Shown here one piece after another: positions 57,835 to 64,000 of a stretch of DNA of 64,000 nt; the stretch's first letter is position 1, and every line of letters starts with the position of its first letter. Below the pieces are notes generated by a model. It made no database searches. It worked only from the letters and a program-made list of their open reading frames with translations, and had not been told where the DNA came from. This stretch comes from an uncultured virus (IMG/VR IMGVR_UViG_3300025277_000015) (taxonomy: Duplodnaviria > Heunggongvirae > Uroviricota > Caudoviricetes). Location: the IMG/VR virus record IMGVR_UViG_3300025277_000015. One strand, given 5' to 3'. The translations under genes and the position numbers were made by a program.

Positions 57835-58645
57835 GAATATTTACGGCAACACAAAAAACGCAGCTTCTGATGCACACAAATGGGTAATGAATAACCTACT
57901 GCCAGCACAAACTGGTTTGACGGTAGAGGGTGTGTTCCACAAGTACACAATAACCAAACAACCAACAACAAATTCAACTGTCTCGATTACCAATAAAAAA
58001 GTGGGTGGTGATGAATATGTTTACGAGTATGTAGACGATTGGAACAATTTACCCAGCGGCACAAAGATTAAATATGACCAAATAGTGCCTACACTTGGTA
58101 ATTTGTTTGGTGATGGTGAGATAAAAGTTACGGGAGATGGGTCTCTTTCCGATGTTTTAATACTATACCACTATAAATATGACCCATGCCACACACCACT
58201 TAGCGACTCAAGTTGTCCTAATTTTAAAGATGCATTGTATGATTATCTATCAACCAACGGTTTGCTCACGTCACCGAACGTAGACGACCCGTATTATAAT
58301 CAGTGGGTACAGATACAATTAGATGAACAAGCAGAGGTAGAAGAACAGGAAGTTGATGAGCCTGAAGAAGAGGAAGCAAGTGAGGAATTGACTGTAGAAG
58401 AGGTACTCTCCGTAGCAGGTGTTGTAGATAAAATTGCAGATCCTGTGCAACAGTTAAAAATGATGCAACAGATAGCCGCTATTGGGAAACTTGAATTATA
58501 CACAAATCGTGATATAGATGGTGGTGTCTATGAAGATGTTTTACAAATAGACGGCGGTGAATTTGAAGATAACGTCAAGGCTTACAGAAGTTTAGGTCAA
58601 GACAGCACCCACAGAAGTATGGTTCGTTCTCAGTATGACGACTAA
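57758..58645 (+). CDS. Exported protein (about 295 aa)
   Basis: AAGGAG RBS before the ATG at 57758, signal-peptide-like N-terminus, DPC...C pair and an acidic linker. Confidence 0.75.
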   Translation: MKTIRRQLVGLLALVVFSWPCYSYSENIYGNTKNAASDAHKWVMNNLLPAQTGLTVEGVFHKYTITKQPTTNSTVSITNKKVGGDEYVYEYVDDWNNLPSGTKIKYDQIVPTLGNLFGDGEIKVTGDGSLSDVLILYHYKYDPCHTPLSDSSCPNFKDALYDYLSTNGLLTSPNVDDPYYNQWVQIQLDEQAEVEEQEVDEPEEEEASEELTVEEVLSVAGVVDKIADPVQQLKMMQQIAAIGKLELYTNRDIDGGVYEDVLQIDGGEFEDNVKAYRSLGQDSTHRSMVRSQYDD

Positions 58646-58659
58646 ACAATGGAGATAAC

Positions 58660-59157
58660 ATGATTAAAAAAATAACACCTTTAATATTTTTGCTTTCAAC
58701 CAGTTACGCTTGGGCAGTCAACTCACCAATTACAGGCACGGTTCAAGCTAGTTGTAGCATTGTAACGACCACACCAGGACAATACGGTGTGCCAAATATA
58801 TGGAAACTTTCAACTGCTTCTGCAGATGGGGGTCAAGATGCTGTTATAAAAACGACGATTGGCACTGCTGATAAGTATAAAGTAAAGATTACCCACCCGA
58901 ATAGTTTTAGCTCATCACCTTCTCTGTCTGATACATTAACTTGGACAGGAAGCAGTGTGTACACATCTGGAAGTGTTTCTGGAATGTCAGCATATAATGC
59001 CGCTAAAGTCGTTGTAGGTAATGAAACAACCTTTGATATGACTTTGGCAGGGACGACATTCTTTACAGTAGCTTCAACCGCTTCATATGGATATAATCGT
59101 GCATTCCCTAGTGGGTCTTATACAGCATTGATATTAGCTGAATGTATCGCCAAGTAG
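58660..59157 (+). CDS. Exported beta-rich protein, fimbrial/Csu-pilin-like (165 aa)
   Basis: Signal peptide ending AWA, ITGTVQASCSI start, GSYTA terminal strand, two Cys. Confidence 0.5.
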   Translation: MIKKITPLIFLLSTSYAWAVNSPITGTVQASCSIVTTTPGQYGVPNIWKLSTASADGGQDAVIKTTIGTADKYKVKITHPNSFSSSPSLSDTLTWTGSSVYTSGSVSGMSAYNAAKVVVGNETTFDMTLAGTTFFTVASTASYGYNRAFPSGSYTALILAECIAK

Positions 59158-59516
59158 CTTTAATTTTCATGTTGCTTGGGTTTCAGGCTCAAGCGCACGA
59201 AATGACTCCAGCATACCCAAAGTTTAACTATAGTTATATCGAAGGTGTGTCTGTCACAAAGATGTTTTTGTTTAACAGGCGTAATGATGTTTCATATTAC
59301 CAAATAGGTGTATTTACATTAGATTGGAAAGAAATACCCTTTGCATCTACATCAAAACTTATAAAGGTAAAACACGCTAAGAAATATCCATTTGATGTTT
59401 ATATACGAAACTCTGACCTAGATAGGGTTGGATACATATGTACAATATCAAAAGTTTTTAAGGGGGAAGAGCAGAAAGCTTTGATAACTTCAAGGATTTG
59501 CTCAAAGATAGAATAA
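59142..59516 (+). CDS. Exported small beta protein, possibly PapD-N chaperone-like (124 aa)
   Basis: Signal peptide ending AQA; MTPAY...LFN...YYQIGV; two C-terminal Cys. Confidence 0.45.
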   Translation: MYRQVALIFMLLGFQAQAHEMTPAYPKFNYSYIEGVSVTKMFLFNRRNDVSYYQIGVFTLDWKEIPFASTSKLIKVKHAKKYPFDVYIRNSDLDRVGYICTISKVFKGEEQKALITSRICSKIE

Positions 59517-59945
59517 ATGAGAATATGGTTATTTATTATAGTTGTTATGTCTGTAACAGGTTGCAGTGTAATAAGTGTTTTTGCCGATAGCACGTCAAAT
59601 TCTTTAAGTTTATCTCTCCCAAACACAGGCGGTAACTACCAGTCAGATTCTTTTAGAGCAGGAGAACTGGATTGTAGCATGGCGCTAGGGAGTGCAACAA
59701 ACATTGAGTTTGGCATCACATCTATCATTCAGGGCGGCACAGCGGAGAACAGTAGAAAAACTGGAGATATTGGGTTATACTCAAAGATAACAATTCCACT
59801 GGGTAGACGAAATAAAGGGTCTCGTTTAGACTGTAACAGACTGTATGAGATTGAATTAAAGAAAAAACATTTAGAAGTAATGAAGTTACAACAAGAGATT
59901 GATAGGTTACGTGAGTTAGGTAATGACTTATCGTTTGAAAATTAG
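59517..59945 (+). CDS. Exported protein or lipoprotein (142 aa)
   Basis: Hydrophobic N-terminus with VTGC lipobox-like motif, beta hairpin, C-terminal coiled coil. Confidence 0.65.
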   Translation: MRIWLFIIVVMSVTGCSVISVFADSTSNSLSLSLPNTGGNYQSDSFRAGELDCSMALGSATNIEFGITSIIQGGTAENSRKTGDIGLYSKITIPLGRRNKGSRLDCNRLYEIELKKKHLEVMKLQQEIDRLRELGNDLSFEN

Positions 59946-59954
59946 GAGAAGATT

Positions 59955-60512
59955 ATGGCTGAAATGGAGGTAGGTGGCGTAAAGTTTTCTGGCTTTGGCA
60001 AAATCGGTATTGCAGTCACAGCATTAAGCACACTGGCGGGTTCGGCCTATGTGGGATATGAGTTTTACTTTGATTATCTTGATTTGCGCGAGGTAGTACA
60101 AGAGATTGATATTGATGCAATTAAAGCGGAAAATGAGCTCGTTTTAACAAAACTAGATGACGCCATTGTCTACACCAGAGACATTAAGAACAATCTCCGA
60201 GATGATCTTCTTAAACTAGAGGGATATATTGATAAGTTGGAGAAGAAGATTGAGACATCTTCAGAGCGCATAAAAACCACGCAAGGCTCCATAGACTTAG
60301 TATTAGAAGACGTTCTTAATCAAATGAACGAGGTGCAGAAAGACGTGACAGCCGCAATAAGAGAGGTTGAAACCTTAAATAGAGAGACAGAGAAAGACGT
60401 CCGTGATACGATGCGGGATATAGAAAACAGAATAGAAGAAGATATGCGAAAGCTTGAAGAGCAGTTAAACGAAAGATTACAAGAAGCGTTAGATAATCCC
60501 TTGGCTAATTAA
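59955..60512 (+). CDS. Membrane-anchored coiled-coil protein (185 aa)
   Basis: N-terminal TM helix followed by a long heptad-rich region. Confidence 0.7.
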   Translation: MAEMEVGGVKFSGFGKIGIAVTALSTLAGSAYVGYEFYFDYLDLREVVQEIDIDAIKAENELVLTKLDDAIVYTRDIKNNLRDDLLKLEGYIDKLEKKIETSSERIKTTQGSIDLVLEDVLNQMNEVQKDVTAAIREVETLNRETEKDVRDTMRDIENRIEEDMRKLEEQLNERLQEALDNPLAN

Positions 60513-60558
60513 CGTAATTGGTGTATATAAAAGTTGTTTAGGTACGTAGGAGTTTACT

Positions 60559-60885
60559 ATGGCAGGAAAAAAACTACAGGAAAACAGTAAATACGCAATG
60601 GCAGATGCCGATGGCGACGGTGTAATAACCGATGATGAGATGGATCGCCACGAGCGTTGGATACGTTTAGAAAACGAAGATAAGCTAGCGGATACACAAC
60701 GTGTAATGGCCTGGATTGCAATGGTTGTGACGATTGTAGCTGTTGTTGTCTTGTTAACACCCGTTGTTGCTGTTGATAGACTTTCGGCGGCGGCAGGTTT
60801 TTTAAATACATTTATCGTTGCACAATTAGGAGTCGTTGTTGGTTTTATGGGTGCTACGGCTATTTCTAAAACTAAACTAAAATAG
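60559..60885 (+). CDS. Two-TM holin-like protein with an EF-hand-like loop
   Basis: DADGDGVITDDE followed by two hydrophobic helices; in the lysis cluster. Confidence 0.55.
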   Translation: MAGKKLQENSKYAMADADGDGVITDDEMDRHERWIRLENEDKLADTQRVMAWIAMVVTIVAVVVLLTPVVAVDRLSAAAGFLNTFIVAQLGVVVGFMGATAISKTKLK

Positions 60886-60894
60886 GAGGATAAC

Positions 60895-61359
60895 ATGTTA
60901 TCACTGCTAGGAGCAGCACTGGGGTTTGGTACATCTGTACTACCAAGTGTCATTGATTTATTTCAACAACGTCAGAAAGATGCACAAGAGCTAAAGATGC
61001 TCGAAGCGAAGGGTAAATACGCAGCGCAGCTATCTTCCCTTAAATTAGACGAACTTGAGTCTAAAGCAGATATAGCTGAAACCGAGGGCATATACGCTTC
61101 TATGAGGGCGGCAAATGCTAAATCAGGCTTTGCGGCGGCCTTGAGTGGTTCTGTACGACCTGTAATAACATATTTGTTTGTTGGGTTTTTTCTATTGGTT
61201 AAAATAACGACCTTAATGTATGCGATGAATAACGGTGCAGACTTTAGAGATGCGGTCAATGAGGTGTATTCGGACGATGTAAATTTATTGTTCACAAGCA
61301 TAATCTCATTTTGGTTTGGATCACGCCAATTTGCTAAATTAAGAAAGAATGCAAAATGA
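60895..61359 (+). CDS. Holin (3TM, GTA-holin-like)
   Basis: SVRPVITY...IISFWFGSR; overlaps the endolysin start. Confidence 0.75.
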   Translation: MLSLLGAALGFGTSVLPSVIDLFQQRQKDAQELKMLEAKGKYAAQLSSLKLDELESKADIAETEGIYASMRAANAKSGFAAALSGSVRPVITYLFVGFFLLVKITTLMYAMNNGADFRDAVNEVYSDDVNLLFTSIISFWFGSRQFAKLRKNAK

Positions 61360-61868
61360 AACAAAACTTTGAAGAATGTATGGCGCGTCTCCTTGAACAC
61401 GAAGGGGGCTATGTAAATTTGGCTGCTGATCCTGGGGGTGAAACTAATTATGGAGTTACCCGTGCAGTCTATGAGCAATACGTTGGACGGCAAGTTATGG
61501 ATGGTGAGATGAAAGGTCTTACTCACGATGACGTTTACCCTATATACAAAGAGAATTATTGGGATAGGCTTCGGGCAGACGATCTCCCTTCTGGGGTTGA
61601 CTGGAGTTGCTTCGATTGGGGTGTGAATAGCGGGACAAGTCGTGCAGCTAAAGCACTGCAACGTATTGTAGGTGTAGAACAAGATGGTGGTATCGGACCA
61701 ATGACATTACAGGCAGTTGCTGAAGTAGAGCCCACAGAAATAATAGAACAGATGCACCATATGCGTGATAAGTTTTACAGAGAGCTTAGTACCTTTGACA
61801 CGTTCGGACGTGGTTGGATAAGACGAAACGATGAGACTAAAGAGCAGGCACTTAATCTAGTAGAGTAA
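61356..61868 (+). CDS. Endolysin, glycoside hydrolase family 108 with peptidoglycan-binding domain
   Basis: HEGGYVN..DPGGETNYG, FDWGVNSG, DGGIGPMTL, FGRGWIRR. Confidence 0.92.
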   Translation: MKQNFEECMARLLEHEGGYVNLAADPGGETNYGVTRAVYEQYVGRQVMDGEMKGLTHDDVYPIYKENYWDRLRADDLPSGVDWSCFDWGVNSGTSRAAKALQRIVGVEQDGGIGPMTLQAVAEVEPTEIIEQMHHMRDKFYRELSTFDTFGRGWIRRNDETKEQALNLVE

Positions 61869-61879
61869 AGGAGAATATT

Positions 61880-62041
61880 ATGGATTGGATTAAAGGAAGA
61901 CTAAAAGAACCTTCAAGTTATGGAGCTGCCGCTGTTGTAGGCGTAGGGCTTGGTATTTTGTTTAGTATGCCAATATTAACTTGGGCAGGCATTGTTTGTG
62001 CTATTTTTGGGTTAGTACTTAAGGAAAAATCAGACGAGTAG
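61880..62041 (+). CDS. Small two-TM membrane protein (53 aa; not in the ORF track)
   Basis: AAGGAG RBS; MDWIKGRLKEPSSYGAAAVVGVGLGILF...FGLVLKEK. Confidence 0.65.
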   Translation: MDWIKGRLKEPSSYGAAAVVGVGLGILFSMPILTWAGIVCAIFGLVLKEKSDE

Positions 62042-62051
62042 TAGGTAAGAT

Positions 62052-64000
62052 ATGCCGTTAAAGAAGTTATTATTAAAACCAGGAGTTAATCGAGAGAACA
62101 CTAGATACACCACTGAGGGTGGTTGGTATGAGTGTAATAACATCCGTTTTCGTCAAGGAACCCCTGAAAAGATTGGTGGTTGGACGCGTATATCAGAAGC
62201 AACTTTTTTAGGTATTGCCCGTTCTTTGTGGAATTGGATTACTCTAGGCAGTCAGAACTTGATTGCTATAGGTACACACCTAAAGTTTTATATTGAAAAC
62301 GGCGGTGGCTATAACGACATAACACCTTTACGTGCAACCACTTCTGCAGGAGATGTTACTTTTTTAGCCTCAGCAGATCAGTTAGATGGCGCTATAGATG
62401 CCGATGACACCACAATAACCATAGATGATACTACAGGATTCCCTACTTCTGGTAAACTTATAATAGATAGTGAAGTTATAGACTACTCGGCTATAAGCAG
62501 TAACACGTTTACAGGTTGTACACGAGGCGCTTCTTATCTTGTTTCTGGTGTAACAACGAGCACTACTGCAGCTACACATAGCGATAACGCTACTGTAAAT
62601 TGTTTTACTATAGTCGTTACGGACAGTAGTCATGGCGCAGAAGTTAATGATTTTGTTACTTTTAGTGGCGCCGCTGCACTAGGTGGTAATGTAACCGCTG
62701 AAATGCTCAACCAAGAGTATCAGATACTTAATATCGAAGACGCAAACAAATACACTATTACAGCAAAAAGTTTTAACTCGGATACTATAACTAACGCTTT
62801 ATATACAAATATTGCGGCTACAAGCTCTGACTCAGGGAACGGTGGTAGTTCTGTTGTAGGCGCTTACCAAATAAACACAGGCGCATCATCTGCTAACCCT
62901 CTTGTTGGTTGGGGTGCTAGTGGTTGGGGTTCTGGTGCTTGGGGACAAGGTATCTCAGATACAGAAACCTTACGTATATGGTCACAACAAAACTTTGGTG
63001 AAGACCTAATATTTGGACATAGAGACGGGGCTATTTTTTACTGGGACGCTTCAGGTACGTTAACTACCCGTGCGGTCTTATTGTCTAGTAAAGCAGGGGC
63101 TTCAAATGTGCCAACAGTACAGAATTCTATACTTGTGTCAGATATTAGCAGGTTTGTCTTTTGTTTTGGTACAAATGTACTTGGTTCCGCAACAAAAGAT
63201 CCCATGCTTATTCGTTGGTCTGACCAAGAAGACGCCACAAATTGGACTCCTGCAGCTACAAACCAAGCAGGTAGCTTAAGATTATCCCGTGGTACAGAAA
63301 TAGTTACTGCATCCCAAGCACGACAAGAGGTTCTTGTTTGGACAGACTCATCTTTATATTCTTTACAGTACGTCGGTATAGGCTCAGGTGTGTGGAGCGC
63401 AACGCTTGTTGGAGAGCAAATCTCGATAACTTCGCAAAATAGTGTCGCTTACGCCAACGGTGTGTCTTACTGGATGGGTAAGGACAAGTTCTATAAATAT
63501 GATGGTAGAGCTCAACCGCTCCCTTGTGACTTACGTAAACACGTATTCACAGACTTTAATCCTCTACAGTATAACCAAGTATTTGGAGGAAGTAACGAAG
63601 CGTTCCACGAGGTGTGGTGGTTCTATTGTTCAGCAGGTGCATCTAGTATCGATAAATACGTGGTGTATAACTACCTCGAAGACATATGGTACTATGGTTC
63701 TATGGCACGTACAGCATGGCTTGACTCAGGTCTACGTGCTTACCCACTTGCCGCTACCTATAACTCGTTACTGGTTGACCATGAAAACGGTATTGATGAC
63801 AATGAAACAAGCACCGCCGCCGCTATTTCTGCCTTTATAACCTCTTCAGAGTTTGATTTAGATGATGGGCATCAGTTTATGTTAATGTCTCGTGTTCTAC
63901 CTGATGTTTCTTTTGAGGGGTCTACGGCTGATAGTCCTGCTATAAATATGACATTCTTCCCACTAAATGCTTCAGGTTCAGGTTATAACTCGCCTACATC
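62052..64000 (+). CDS. Tail tubular/stabilisation-like protein, N-terminal part (runs off the window, completed at 1..430)
   Basis: ATG at 62052, MPLKKLLLKPGVNRENT...NIRFRQGTPEKIGGW...IRWSDQE. Missing from the ORF track because it has no stop inside the window. Confidence 0.85.
   Translation, partial: MPLKKLLLKPGVNRENTRYTTEGGWYECNNIRFRQGTPEKIGGWTRISEATFLGIARSLWNWITLGSQNLIAIGTHLKFYIENGGGYNDITPLRATTSAGDVTFLASADQLDGAIDADDTTITIDDTTGFPTSGKLIIDSEVIDYSAISSNTFTGCTRGASYLVSGVTTSTTAATHSDNATVNCFTIVVTDSSHGAEVNDFVTFSGAAALGGNVTAEMLNQEYQILNIEDANKYTITAKSFNSDTITNALYTNIAATSSDSGNGGSSVVGAYQINTGASSANPLVGWGASGWGSGAWGQGISDTETLRIWSQQNFGEDLIFGHRDGAIFYWDASGTLTTRAVLLSSKAGASNVPTVQNSILVSDISRFVFCFGTNVLGSATKDPMLIRWSDQEDATNWTPAATNQAGSLRLSRGTEIVTASQARQEVLVWTDSSLYSLQYVGIGSGVWSATLVGEQISITSQNSVAYANGVSYWMGKDKFYKYDGRAQPLPCDLRKHVFTDFNPLQYNQVFGGSNEAFHEVWWFYCSAGASSIDKYVVYNYLEDIWYYGSMARTAWLDSGLRAYPLAATYNSLLVDHENGIDDNETSTAAAISAFITSSEFDLDDGHQFMLMSRVLPDVSFEGSTADSPAINMTFFPLNASGSGYNSPT
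63758..64000. repeat. Terminal direct repeat, right copy
   Basis: Matches 1-243 except at 63884 (A vs G127) and 63897 (C vs T140). Confidence 0.97.

Noticed and set aside
63442..63840. 132-aa ORF near the window end
   Set aside because: It is an alternative frame inside the long gene that starts at 62052.

Overview
The window holds one complete, circularly permuted tailed-phage genome with a unit length of about 63,757 bp: bases 1-243 recur at 63758-64000. The gene content looks like a marine-type podovirus-like phage; the host is not determinable from the sequence. Two arms diverge from a control region at about 33.9-35.4 kb and converge at about 16.05 kb. The minus-strand arm carries early and replication genes: a DUF3150-like protein, MoxR-type AAA+ ATPase, metallopeptidase-vWA, VRR-NUC, family A DNA polymerase, PD-(D/E)XK nuclease, SNF2 helicase, SSB-like protein and primase-helicase. 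The plus-strand arm carries terminase, portal, GroES, scaffold, capsid, small basic proteins, adaptors, tail fibre, a 2OG-Fe(II) oxygenase, a cassette of exported proteins, lysis genes, a tail protein that spans the junction, and very large internal virion proteins. I saw no integrase, RNA polymerase, tRNA, rRNA or CRISPR array. The most notable unexplained signals are: (1) ten copies of the palindrome TAGCCA-N-TGGCTA confined to the early region, mostly beside ribosome-binding sites; (2) an inverted iteron array around an AT-rich core; (3) a six-gene cassette of exported proteins with pilin-like and chaperone-like members; (4) a shared hydrophobic-A/K-x-GG tag across late proteins; (5) structured RNA leaders. 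Family assignments come from motif recognition by eye, not database searches.
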